Assembly: GCF_009914755.1 (NCBI RefSeq) | Contig: NC_060932.1 | Origin: the human T2T-CHM13v2.0 reference genome, Homo sapiens | Strand: one strand, 5' to 3' | Length of the DNA stretch: 64,000 bases | Shown: positions 13,061 through 25,900 of the stretch, piece by piece | Layout of the letters: every line of letters begins with the position of its first letter | How positions within the stretch are numbered: position 1 is the stretch's first letter | Position numbers and translations under genes: made by a program | Notes under the pieces: generated by a model | The model's input: only the letters and a program-made list of their open reading frames with translations | Database searches by the model: none | Told to the model about the DNA's origin: nothing

Positions 13061-15364
13061 CAGCATCACCACAGCAGCTTCCTGCTCTCCGAACCTTCCT
13101 GCCCAATTCCCCTGGGGTCTCTGGGCCAGGGAAGGGGACCACTCATCAGATCTGTAGTGGCAGCTGTGGTGGGAACCATCTGAGCCCCGGTTCCTGATGG
13201 TACCTCCTTTCCTGTTCCTTCTGGAGACCCCCTCCCCTGGGGCTCACCCTTCCCCCTGTGGCCCCAGCTCTCAAGTCAGACCCTTCAGACAGGTTGGGTT
13301 CCTGGGTGTTCAGAGGGGCTGGGCCAGACCTGAGAAGGAGGGAGGCACAGCCCTTTCCCTTCACCCCTGCTTAGAGCCATGGAAAGTGGCCCCAAGTTAG
13401 TGACTCTGGGTGTGCTATTCTGAGCCTTGAAGTTCCTGGGGAGAAGGGAAAGGGCTGGGCACACAAGGGTGTTTGTTAGCTCCTTTCCCCCAGATCATGC
13501 TCCCCCCACCTACCCTACGTGAGGAGGGAGGGTTGCTTGTCCTCCAGGCATGCAGGGACCTCAGGGACTGGGAAGAGACAGATGGGATGGAAGAGGCGAG
13601 AGAAGAGTGGTTCTTCCGTGTTGCCTATAGACCAGATGAGGGTGCGGGGCAGCCCCGGTGTGCAGGTCAGGATCAACTCTAGGGCCCTGTCCCAAGCAGG
13701 AGGCCAGCAGTCAGGCAACTTCCTCGGGTCTCCCTCCTCCGAGGTGCCCAAGCCAGCTGCCATCTCTGCTGAGCTGCCGTTCTCACGTGCCTTGGTCATG
13801 CCAAGGCCTGTGTGGTGGGCCTTCGTGTCCCTGCCTGCCTTCGTCAACCCAGATTCATTTGTCTGAGCCAACGGAAGAGTGAATGTGGCCCACCAGGGCC
13901 TGCTGGGGTCCAAGGCCCTGCCACTGTCTGCCAGGCCCAGGGCTTGTTCTCATTCTGTTGTGGCACTTTTTACAGTGCTCAGCAGGCAAATGCCAATCCG
14001 GGAAGTTTGGCAATCATAGCAAAAAAACCCTGAGCCTGTGCTCAGTGAACTCCACCTGGAGCTCACAGTTGGTCCCATGTCCCGGGAATGCTTTGGGTAC
14101 TGACAGAGCCCCAGGGAGAGGAAGGGAGGCCCACTGCTCTCTCAGGCAAGTGACCCAGCGGAACCTGGGTCACTGTGCCACCCCATCAGTGGGTGGCTGT
14201 CTGTTAAGGGCCGCTCAGCTGAGCCCCACAGGTGGTGGGAAGGTTTGTGTGCAGAGGAGGAACCCTGACTGTCTTGGAAGCCAGCGCCACCGTCCCCCCG
14301 GCAGGCAGGAGAGCGGGGTTGGGGGCAGCCCATACTGCTTGGCTTCCAGTCCCCATGGGGAACATCGCCTGTTTCAGAGTATGTTGAAATGAGTCTTTGC
14401 ACAACCATGACAAGGGCCCAGCTGTTCCTGGTGACAGTGCGCAGGGACACGAGGAGATGGGAGGAAAGGGGACAGGGTCACAGCAGAGGGAGGGACCCAA
14501 AGAGGATCAAGGGACAGCTGCTGGCTCCCCAGGCCTCCCTATCTGGGGCTCCCCTGCCTCCTTCCAATCAAAGCCCACCGTGCTCTAGGTCCAGGGCAGG
14601 GCCTCACCCTCGAAGCTAGGCCTTCAGAGGCCTTCCTCTGAGGAGTCTGGGATTCTAGGACACCAGGCCCACCCCTAGGCTGTGCCATGGGAAGCTAAGA
14701 GAAACTTCTCCCTAGAACTTTTTGCTGTGAGCAGTTAATTGCCCTGGCATCTGAGGCTGCTGTGCACACAAGCAAGGGGCCTTTAATGAATGCAAACGAC
14801 AGCTGATTAATCTGCCAGCTCTTGCGCCCCTGGTCCTTGCTGTGGGGTCTGGCTACGCTCCATTCAGCCTCGATGGCCTGCACCAGCGGGGTGGGCTCCA
14901 ACCTATTACCAGTGGCGCTGCCAGCCCTAATGGGAAAGAGGGTGAGACCCCTCCCCTCCTCTGCCCCCATCGGCCTGTGGTCCTGTCAAGCATGAGAGGC
15001 TCTTGGGACTGGCCCTGGAAGTGTGGGCTTGCCCCTGCTGGACTTTGTCACTGGGTGTTTCCTATAGTGATGTGGTCACCCCTCTGGGGACAGAAGGGGG
15101 ATGATGACAAGGGGAGTGCTGTCTAGCTGCTCAGTGGGATTCATGTGAAGGGATTAAATTTAGGAGGTAAGGGGGTGCTGCCTAGACAGTGGCAGAGGAT
15201 TTATTTTTCAGTCACTCGCCAACTGTGGCCTTGAGAAAGCAGCCAGGCCACCTGATCATCGCCTTGTGGAAAAAGGCAGAGAGAGAGAGGAGTTGAGGCT
15301 ACGAGAGAGTCCCCTTTTTCCACCCCGGTTCATACATCCTACCCTAGATCCTGGCTGATGTCAA

Positions 15365-15540
15365 CTCAGCCCACCTCTATGGAGCTCCTGCTAGGTGCCA
15401 AGTGCGGTGTCCCTGTATGGGGCGGCTTGCAGTCTGGCAGGACACAAGAGTCAAGAGATCATTACAGCTGTGATGAACGCTAGGAAGAGGAAGCGCAGAG
15501 AGCCTTGGGGGAACAGGGAGGGCTTTCTGGAGGAGGCTGC
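15365..15540 (-). mobile_element. L2 fragment
   Basis: gagctcctgctaggtgccaag ... cagggagggctttctggaggagg, antisense L2 pattern. Confidence 0.55.
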
Positions 15541-15859
15541 ATAGACTCTCTGCCAGCTACTGGTGCTTGGTTGGGGCAGGCGGTGAAGGGCTGTGTGCTG
15601 GGGAGCCAATGCTCTCTTATGCCAGACTCCAGTGCCCAGGCCTCTTATGCCAGCCTCCTGTCCCCAAGAAGCCCCAGGCCCTTATCAGTGCTTCCTTGGG
15701 CTACCTGACCTCCCCTTGGGCTGCCCAGCTGCTGGGGCTGGGGAGTGAGCAAGGGCAGTGAGAGTGAGGCCTGCCTGAGAGTGGAGGCTACTGACCTCCT
15801 GGGCAGGACCTCCTTCCCAGAAGCAGAAGCAGAGCTCCCTTTGGGGGAGAAACCCCCTC

Positions 15860-15990
15860 AGTTTCTACTGTAATAAAGAAGGGGCCTGAGCTCTTGCTGG
15901 AGCCTCTAATGACGGGGTTGAGGTGTAATGAATATCTGTGTACTCATAAAACAGGCTAATGACGGCCCTCGGCCCTCATTTTATGGACCC
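15860..15990. promoter_or_regulatory. Candidate Hox-responsive enhancer
   Basis: CTAATGACGG twice (15906, 15956), CTCATAAAA (15943), TTTTATGG (15979), GTAATGA and GTAATAAA within about 120 bp of non-repeat DNA. Confidence 0.45.
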
Positions 15991-17369
15991 GTTTCATCCT
16001 TACTTGTTCCCAAACCAGAAGGGACCATCCTGGGGGCTGAGCCAGGAGCCTGATGGCAGCCCCAGACCACAGCTGTTTGGAGTGGGGGCTAAATGGTTCC
16101 TGAGCCTGAAGCCCCTCCGGAGCTGCCTTTTCCTCCTCCATCCCTTATCTGGTTGAGACAAAGTGAGGAATTTAGGTCAATGGCTGACAACAACCAGCCT
16201 TAGGAAATGGGCAGGGGACAGGGAGGGAGGAAGTGCATCCACCCTGATTCTTAAGAGTGTCAACACTTGTCACACATGGAGGCCAGAAAGAGCATTCAGC
16301 ACCTGCCGGCAGCACCACGCCCCTTTCCTCTGCCCAGGTACTGATAGGAGCTCCCTGAATCATCCCAGTTGCAATTCCAACACCTGAGCAGAACTAGACT
16401 CCGTGGAGGGTGGGGCTGGCCCGCTGAATCACCAGTAACACCTGTGTTTTGCTTGTGAGGTCTCCCTGCTCACTCGGGGACCAGCCAAGCCTGACCCTGT
16501 TTGGCTTCTCGGAGCTTGGTGAGATCACAGCCTGGGGGTTGTGGCTGCAGGCCAGTGTGACCTGCTGTGCAGGGAGTATTTTTAAAGAGATACTTGCCCT
16601 GTGTTCCCAGGATCAGCTCCCTGAGATACTCAAGTTGTTCTTTGAATTCTGCCTCCCTCTCCCAATTTGATTGTAGACATTGGTCAGGGGAACATAAAAT
16701 CACTTGGGATAAAGTGTGTAGTGGAAATTAACATGCAATCTTCTTGCCATAGACAAGCCCCTGGGGGATGCCCAGGGAGTCTTGGTGACTGGTAGCACCT
16801 GAGGGAGGTGGGATGAGCAGAATCAGACTCCCTAATTCCCTTGAGGATGCAGAGATAGACTCACCTGTTTTCTCCTGAGTTCTAGAACTGCCTAACTGTG
16901 GTCTTCCGGTCAGAGCCTGGACAGGAGCCACAGGCCACCATGACAGGGTCTGCCGGTGGAAAAAGACTCATGTATGAGTCAGCCTGCTGCCTCGGTTCCC
17001 AGCCAGATGCGGGCCCAGCCCTGCCTCCAGGCCATCTGCCGAAAATTGGGGTCAGTGGAGGGCAGAGGAGCCCACGCATGCAGGTTCCTCGTGCCCCTAA
17101 CCAAGCTCCCCTTTTCATGTCCTCTCTTCTTGCAGACATCGCCTTCTTACAATGCAGAACAGACGATGCACTGTCTCAGGTCACGCTTAGCCTCCTACGG
17201 GGGCACGACAGAAGAAGAGGAACATTTAGAGAGGCACAGCTCCTACATCCTTGGATGGGGAGAGTGGGGAGCAAACAGGCCAGGTGAGTCACTTGGGGGT
17301 TGGGCCATGGTTGTTAGACAGTGACAGCAGTCCTGGACCCGTATCCAGCACTCTCCACTCTAGGGGTTT

Positions 17370-17572
17370 CAGGCCCTTGTGCACTGCTGTATCACTTAAT
17401 CCTCCTTCACCAGGAGGCAGAGAGGGTAGCGTTTGCAGATGGGGACACAAGCTCTGGAGAGGTTAATGACTTGCCGGAGATGGGAGTTCCAATCGGCAGC
17501 AGATCAGCAAATGGAATGCGGGTGTCCTGGCCCGTGATCTAAGTCTCCTGATTCATAGTCTAATGTTCTTTT
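17370..17572 (-). mobile_element. MIR
   Basis: tcacttaatcctc ... ttgcagatggggacac ... gagaggttaatgacttgcc. Confidence 0.7.
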
Positions 17573-18359
17573 GTCTACACCTCAGAACAAAGAGGGGCTG
17601 TGTTCAGAAAATTGATTCTGAAGGGAAGGGAATATTTTTTTCCCTTTGCTGGAATTTCTCTGGAGACTTCGGACTTGCTCAAGTTGGATGGAAAAGCCCG
17701 TCTAGATCTTCCCAGCTCTCTCCTGGGTTATGCCCGGGCCTGGGGGCAGAAAGCTTTTGAGACAGGGACAGGCCACATTCTCCAGTGCCCTCTCGACTTA
17801 GGGGACCCTGTGCACTGTGGTGGGGAGGTGTCACTGAGAGTGGTGTGATGAGTCACCTTGTCCCCAGCCTTGGGTCCCGCAGAGGATTGGGGGAGTGAGC
17901 CCTGCAGGGATGTGGGGTAGCCCTGGTGATTCAGGGCAGGGGCAGAGGCTGGGGCCCCATGGCTAAAAGTTTCACGGATCCCAGGCTGAGACCTCCAGAG
18001 CCCCTGTCTAGCTCAACTGAGAAGAGTTGATGAAGTTCCTTGTGAGCTTGGCTCATGGATGATCTCAGTCTCAAGTGTACTACTCTGATTCTCTTTATCT
18101 TTCCAATCCAGTTCACACTTCTTTCCTCTGTGAAGCCTTCCTTCTCCCAGCATTCCCTCCCCTCACCCTACTGTGTTGTGGCCACCACTCTGCCTGGGAC
18201 TACAGCCATTTGTCCTTCTGCCTCTCCTCTGCCTGAGAGCAAGGTGAGAGGATCCCGTTCCTGTTCTCCATCTCCTGCCCGTAACACAGGAGGAAGACAC
18301 ACAGGATGTATTTGGGGAACAAGGGGAGGAACTCACATCCCGAGAGCCTGCCTTACCCA

Positions 18360-18495
18360 TGAGCTCTCCCTCTGCCACAACAGCCCGCGAGGCAGGAAAC
18401 TGAGGCTCAGGGAGGCAGCGCCTTGTCTAAGTCATTAGGCGGCAGAACTGGAATTTAACTCAAGTATTTCTGACTTCATAGGCGAAGCTCTTTGC
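18360..18495 (-). mobile_element. MIR fragment
   Basis: ggaaactgaggctcaggga ... ctggaatttaactcaag. Confidence 0.7.
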
Positions 18496-19045
18496 CAAGG
18501 TCAATGATGCTGCTCCAATGTTTGCTTAGAAAAATATGGGAGAAAGTGACAAATGGACTGCTCATGTGTCTGTGGAATTGAACCAAAGTATTGTCCCCTG
18601 GTCTGAAAAATGCACCCATCTCGTGGCAGGAGAAGCCTTTTCATATTACTATATTCAACTTCCTTCCTTTTTTTTTCCCCTGCAAGAGACATTTTTGCTG
18701 AAGTACATGTGAAAAGGACCACAGGGTCCTCCCTGTTAGATCTGCCCCAGGCCCAGTGGAACAGAGCAAGGAATGTCTCTCTGTGAATCCAGGTGCTGAG
18801 GTGTGGAGGCCCCTCTGGGGTTAGAGAGAGGTCTGGGTACAAGGGCTGATCAATTTGGAAGCAGATTGGGCACTTTGGGTCTGGAAAGCCACCAGGTGTT
18901 GTCTCTTTGGCCCCTGGCTGGTTGCGGTGTCTGTGATTCTGGGCTCTGGTCCTTCTGGACTAGGATGGAGGGTGCGGTGGGGAGAGTGTTAGTCTCCTCG
19001 CGTTTGGTCAGATCTCAGCCAGAGAAGAAAGCCAGAGCTGTGTCC

Positions 19046-19215
19046 TCTCTCCTTCCCTTCACTGCCTTCCCCTTCTCTCCGATTCCAGCCTCTTACTCCC
19101 TGTCCTCTCTCCTCTCTCCCGCCTCTCCCCCTCCCCTCCTTTGTTCCGCCCTCTCCTCCTCTTCTCCCTCCTCTCTCTCCTCCTCTCCTCCCTCCTCTCT
19201 TCCCTCTTTCCTTCA
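19046..19215. repeat. CT-rich polypyrimidine tract (triplex/H-DNA-prone)
   Basis: About 170 bp of almost only C/T, built from ctcctct-type units. Confidence 0.85.
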
Positions 19216-19290
19216 CAGAGGACCTCAGCCTTCCATCAGAGAACAGATTTCTTCTGACCATTCGATCCCCAATCTGCCTCCCTCCAGATC

Positions 19291-19785
19291 GGTGCTGTCC
19301 AGTGCGACATTCTGTGATGGTGGAGTTGTCCTCTCTTTGTGTTGTACTATAGAGTAGCTGCCAGCTGCCTGTGGTCATCAAAGTTCGGAGGAATGGAGTT
19401 GTAAAAAGAATTATTTGACTCTCGTTCTGTCACCCAGGCTAGAGTGCAGTGGCGTAATTACGGCTCAAGTGATCTTCCCATGTCAGCCTCCCAAGCAGCT
19501 GGGACTATGGGCATGTACCACCACACCCAGCTAATTTTTATAATTTTAAAATTTTTTTAGAGACGGGGGTCTCAGCACATTGCCCAGGCTGGTCTTTAAC
19601 TCCTAGGTGATCCTCCTGCCCTGGCCTCCCAAAGTGCTGGGATTATAGGCATGAGCTACCATACCTGGAATTATTTATTAATTTTGTACTTATTATGGGC
19701 TACCACAAGTGAAATTATTTAATTTGAATTAATTTAAATTGAAATAGCCACATGCACTTAGTGACTACTATAGTGGACATCAGAG
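19291..19785 (+). mobile_element. MER3-like hAT-Charlie MITE, split by an AluJ
   Basis: gtgctgtcca...ttctgtgatggtgga at the start; aattaatttaaattgaaatagccacatg...tagtg.ctac...tggaca at the end. Confidence 0.75.
19417..19667 (-). mobile_element. AluJ, nearly tail-less, with internal deletions
   Basis: Antisense J-type arms; gaattattt repeated at 19408-19416 and 19668-19676. Confidence 0.85.
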
Positions 19786-19934
19786 CTGTGGGTGATAATA
19801 AGTGCTGGATTCCTGGGAAGTCCCTGGGGGTGCCCCCACCCTTGTTCAGGCTCTGTCCCTTCCTCAAGTGCCACTGTGTAGATCCAGGGTCTCTGCTGTG
19901 CCCAGCCTCCTGTACAGCACCCGAGAGAGGCCAC

Positions 19935-20050
19935 AGACGACTGGGTTCTGGACTTGAACCTGGGTGACCTTGGGCAAGTCACCAGATCTGTGGGTCTCTG
20001 TGGCCTCTTCAGTAAAATAATGAAGATGATTTATTGCAAGCCTCAAGGTT
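19935..20050 (+). mobile_element. MIR fragment
   Basis: ctgggtgaccttgggcaagtcac core. Confidence 0.7.
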
Positions 20051-22345
20051 TGTGTTTCTTTGGGCAGGAGCCTACTGTGATCAGAGCTGGGGGAGCCAGT
20101 GTGAGCAGCAGGGTGAGTGGGGTGTGCATGGGTGTGCACGCTCAGGGGGGTGGGGGGCTTGAGGGGTGGCAGGGGGACCCTACGGGATGTTGCTTTTCAG
20201 CCTGGCGCTGCCTCGCTGAGTAGCCTGAGACTAGGAAAAGGCTTAAAGAATTCACAGTGGGAAGGCTGCAGCCTGACTCTGCTCCTGGCCGGCGTTTGCC
20301 CGCTGCCTGGCCCTGGCTGTTCCAACGATGGACTTCCTTCCTCTTTGGCCATAAAAGTCTCCCGGAAAGCCTTCCCACAGAGGCCCCGGGGGCTTTCTCA
20401 GGGAATGTGTGAGTGTGTGCTCACACAAGCACTGTGGAGCAGGAGCCCAGGGCCGCGTGCAGGCTCTCCCACAGAGCTGTGGGTCCTGGCGCTGGAGGAG
20501 AGGTTCGTCCCAGCCTGGGTGGAGAGCGGAGGAAAGGCTGGCCCTTGCCTGGACTTGGGCCCTGGCTTATGCAATGCTCAGACTCTTAGTCAACTTCAGC
20601 AACTGGGGCACATCCACACGCATGTGCACACACGTGCAGGCACACACCCGGGCAGGGAGGTGTGAGGAAGGGAGACCAATGAGCCTGTGCCAAGCTCTGC
20701 TTACAGATCTCCCCAGATCTGGAGAGAAAAGGGGAGCCCTTCTCCAAGAGGGGGCTGCGCTCAGGCTGCTAGGGTATGATGATGGCTCCAAGCCTGTGGC
20801 TGAGGTTGGATGGACCATTGAGAGGAGCCCTCCAGGGTGAGGGGACAGAAGCCCATCAGTCCGTATTGATGGAATGTGGCTACAGTGTGGAGAGAAGAAG
20901 ATACTTTCTCTTCCTGCCCCAGAAGGTACCCAAGCCTCCGGGATGCTGGGTCACAGAACCCGCCTGGCAGAGAGTTGCATCAGAGCGAAACTGCATGCTA
21001 GATGCCTGAGGGGAGAGGGCACTGAGGACTTGTGATCCTAATTTCCCAACCTTCAGCTGCTCAGGGTCAAGTCCTTAGGCTCCACTTGCTCTTCTCCCCT
21101 CCCCAGCATTCTTCTGTACTAGGTTGCACATGATGAGGGTGATCTGGGGGGAGAACAAGGAGGGGGTGTGACTCAGAGTTCACCCGGCTGTCAGCAGCCC
21201 TGAGTCAGAGGGAGGGTGGGGAGGTGGGTGGAACAGCTTTTGGTAGTCTTGGGGTTCCCTATAAGCAAGAGCATCCCAGAAAAATAGAAGAGAGCCCCCC
21301 AGAAGCTACGAGGCTCCCACGTGCAGGGTAGGCCTTTTCTCGGCCACCACTACACACCCCAGGAGAACAGGAGAGGCCTCCACGAGTCCTGGATGATTTA
21401 GGTGCGGACTTGCCTGGGGGAAGGGTGTTGGCCCAGAGGACCCCTTGGGTACCTCTGAACTCTGGGATTCTGCAGAGAGGCCTCACCACATCAATGCTTT
21501 TTGCTCTGTGTACCCAGATGGGTCTGTGGAGAATTTGGGGGGTTCCACTGCTGGGACTGGGGAGATGACAATCTGGGGTCAGGGGACTGAGGTGGGTGTG
21601 GGATGTGGGAACAGGAGGGGTGTCCCATAGCACCAGTGGAGTTTCTGCATCTGCTTCAGGGCTCTTGTTTTCCTGGAAGTAGGAAGGAGAGTGGGGATGG
21701 CTGGAAAGTTCTGAAAATTGCTTTTTGCTTATGTATGGTCTTGGCAAAGAAGCTGTGGGGTGTGTTCCTTCTTTATCATAGCTGGCAGCCCTGACTTCCC
21801 ATAATACAATGATTGGGAGGCTGAGGCCTGGTTACTTGGTGCTTCCTCCACGTGTCTCTGTAGACCTCTCTGCAGCTCTTCTTGTTTTAGCTCCGTAGGC
21901 AAGACATCCCATTGATGTAATGTCAGCCTAGGAGCACAACTGTCTTCCCGGGCTCACGGCCTCCACCTACCCAGCTAGAGCTGGAGAGCCATGCCCTCCC
22001 CAGGCCCTGCATCTCCTCCCTCCCTGGTCAGGGGTGTCACCAGCAAGGGCACGGCCACCAAACACAGCCTGTGGATCAGCTCTCTGAGATGGCCCTCGTT
22101 TGCTCACTGTCTGAACAGAGCATTTCCTTTCCTTCCCTTCCTGTGAGCAGATTCCCCATCCAGGTGGGTAGCTGCGGCCAGCTATGCAGGCACCAATGAG
22201 CTGCAAGGGAGGTCAGCCACCCTTTAGCCAGGTCCACCCCCTGCCTTTTACAGAGGAGCAAATTCAGGGCCACGGCATCCATAGGACCAGTCACGGGCAG
22301 CAGTGTGGATCTACAACCCACCTCTCCTGATTCTCAGTTTGTCAT

Positions 22346-22962
<617 letters not shown>

Positions 22963-23364
22963 AGTTTGTGATTCTTTATGATACATTAATGCTTTCATTT
23001 TCCTAGGGGCTTGGATGTGCATGGGGCTGGAATTGGAAAAAATTTATCTGGGCAGAATTTTTTCTTCTTCCAAAATCAGGGTGGATGGTTCTGGGCACAT
23101 GGCTGGTGCTTTTTAGGTACTTGTTGATCTGCCCGTTGGGGTAACTCCTGTTTCACCTTCTATGGGAAGGAAGGGAATATCCCGTGGGAGTTTGTTTTTT
23201 TTCCTTGACTATTCTCATCCTTGTGATTGCATTCTGGCTGGGCAGTTAGAAAGGAGGGGGTCAGATGGGCCACTTCCCCATCCCTAGGGTCAAGCTTCAC
23301 TCTCTCTCAGCTCCCTCTCGGAACTAAGACCTGAGCAAAGGGGTCAGTCTGTACAGTGCAGCCA

Positions 23365-23610
23365 CCCTGACTGACTGTTAGAGAAATAAACAAGATGTTA
23401 TTGTGCCGAGGGGAGAAGAGTTACATCAAAAGTATCTCAGAGAGGAAGAAAGCCAAATTTCTTTTTATATGAGATGCATGGATAGGGGGAGAGAGAGAGA
23501 AAAAAATGCCTGGGTAATTAACTTAATAGGTTTCTTAAAGAATGCCCTTGTGAGTGATGTTCAACACATTCAAGTGTTGACAAGAAGGCATTGAACTTGA
23601 CGCCCACGCA
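23365..23610. promoter_or_regulatory. Candidate enhancer (AT-rich, non-repeat)
   Basis: FOX-like aataaaca, TCF/LEF-like acatcaaa, homeodomain taatta, NKX-like tcaagtg inside an inverted repeat. Confidence 0.4.
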
Positions 23611-24144
23611 GCGGGCAGAAGCATGCTCTCGGCTCCAACACACCTTCTTTGTCTGAAACTTGTGGTAAGACTCAGTGCTGGGTTGTGAAATCTGTCCCAG
23701 GGAATCCGTGCTGCAGGAGCTCCAAGGTCAAGCCCCGTGCTTCTGGATAGGGTTGGGGCTGGCAAGGGTGACCACTCGGAACTAAGATCCCACGAGTAGG
23801 AGAGCAGAGGAAGAGGCCCTCAAGTCAGACACCTAGAGATGCTGCCATGCCTGGGAGAGACCCGTGAGCTCTAGGGCTCCCAAGACAACCTGCCACTCTT
23901 GGGGGTGGTCGGAACAAACCTCTGCTTCTTCCCTGCAAATCCTGGTTGCCTTGGGAAACTTGGGTCTGATGTCCAGGAACACGTGTGAGACCCTAGGTCT
24001 TCCCTATCTTGATGAACTAAGGGAGGAATCTAGGTGAATGTATCAATGTGGATTTTCCCTTTCTCCTAAATCGGTGGTAGATAGAGAGGCCCCAAATCAT
24101 TGCTGGGCTGCTGAAACAGGAGGCTTTGACTTGGATAAGGAGGA

Positions 24145-24218
24145 GTGTGTCTGTGTGTGTGTGTGTGTGTGTGTCTGTGTGTGTGTGTGTGTCTCTGTGT
24201 GTGTGTGTGTGTGTGTGT
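24145..24218. repeat. Interrupted (TG)n microsatellite
   Basis: About 35 TG units with TC interruptions. Confidence 0.95.
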
Positions 24219-24455
24219 TGTGCGTCTATATATTTGTATTTACAGAACATTTTGGGTTGCTCTTGACTGAAACCACAAGAAGCATAAATCACTGTTCCTA
24301 AAACAAAGCAGTCTCCTCTGCCAGGCAGCCTGCCTCAGAGGCCCCAGATGTGGATGGGGCCCTTGGCCTCTGCCTGTTGCTGGCAGATCAGCCTGCCTTC
24401 CCATTGTCAGTCACCCACTCTTCTCATCACCAGCCACCCACTCAACCACCCTCTC

Positions 24456-24769
24456 TTTCTTTTTGTTTCTTTTTTGAGGCAGGGTCTCATTTTGGCACTG
24501 AGGCTGGAATGCAGTGGTTTGATCATAGCGCACTGCAGCCTTGGCCTGCTGGGCTCAGGCAATCCTCCTACCTCAGCCTCCCGAGTAGCTAGGACTACAG
24601 GCACACACCACCATGCCTGGCTAATTTTTTTAAAAAGTTTTATATTTTATAGAGTTGGAGTCTTGCTGTTTCCCAGGTTGGTCTCGAACTCACTCCTGGC
24701 CTCAAGCAGTCCTCCCACCTTGGCCTCCCAAAGTGCTGGGATCACAGGCGTGAGCCACCCTGTCTGGTC
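24456..24769 (-). mobile_element. AluJ
   Basis: cagggtctc, gatcatagc.cactgcagcc, ctcaagcagtcctcccacc. Confidence 0.9.
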
Positions 24770-25649
24770 CCATCCTCCCTGTCTGTTACATTAGGCTCAG
24801 GCTTATCAGGAGATGGGGGTTTTCAGGCTGGGACCTGAATCTCAGGGTCTCTGTCACAACCATAGTGGCCAGATTTGTAAAATGGATAAAAAAGGTGACA
24901 TGAATGCCTTTGTGAAAGAACTTCTCTTTCTTAGATACTTTACCAAATAAAGCAAACTAAGTCTACGGTTGCCTGGCCATAGACCCTGTGGAAGCTCACT
25001 TTAAGGGAGCAATCCAAAAGGCCCAAATCCACACCCTTGGTTAACGGGTTTCCAGCCTGGGAGAAGGACCTGCACTGCCTCTCACCCAAAGTCATATACC
25101 AAGACTGCGCGTGTCTGTGTATGCCGTGGGGAGAGTGGGGTGAACTAGAAATGCTCCTCATTTACAATCAGTCATCGTGGAAGGGAATCTCCTCTTGCAA
25201 CCAGAAAGTCTGGGCTAGCTCTCTGCTCCTGTTATTGGCCCCAGCCCTTGTTCTGGGGGCTCATTTCTGCCTGCAGCAGCTGGTTCCCACCAAGGCAATG
25301 CCATTATTCTGGAGAGGCAGGATTCCAGAATTTGCATAAACTCCTAGGGCATTTCTGTTTCTAGGAAAAGGGAAGAGGTCGTCATCTTTCTGCCTAACTC
25401 CCCATGCATTAGGACATGATAGTCAAGAAAAGGCTGTGGGCTTAGCTGGGGATGCCCGTTAATTTTACAGTCCAATTTCTCCTTCCTTCACCACCCCATC
25501 CCTTCTCCAGGCTGGAGACGTATTCCTGCTATGTCTCCTCTTTTCCCCATTGCCCAAGTTGAGTTTCCTAAGGGCAAATGGAGCAGGTTAATCAGATTCC
25601 TCACTTGCCTGTTTGGCCCAGGTGTGTGGTCAGGGAAGTATCCTGGTAG

Positions 25650-25900
25650 CTTAGTTCAGCGCACATTGATCGAGTGCCTACCAGGTGCAGAGACAGGGCT
25701 GGGTACTACAGGGGATACAAAAATTAATAGTCTCACTGTTAATAATTCCTGCCTTTAAGGAGTGTTCATTCCATGGGAACCACACAGCTGCCTGCACCAT
25801 CCCTATATTCTTAGAGAATAGATGCTCCCTGCTCAGGAGTCAGGAGGGAGCTGTGAGCATCCCAGAGACAAGCAGGTTTCCAGAAACTATCTCTCAGTAA
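25650..25900 (-). mobile_element. L2 fragment
   Basis: cacattgatcgagtgcctaccaggtgc ... ggggatacaaaa ... cctgcctttaaggag. Confidence 0.65.

Noticed and set aside
16295-16317. REST/RE1-like TTCAGCACC...GGCAGCACC
   Set aside because: The right half and spacing do not match the RE1 consensus (GGACAG after 2 nt).
23317-23787. 13-bp direct repeat CTCGGAACTAAGA flanking the 23.5 kb block (TSD-like)
   Set aside because: About 0.5 such matches within 500 bp are expected by chance in 64 kb, and the enclosed DNA has no tail, TIR or LTR ends.
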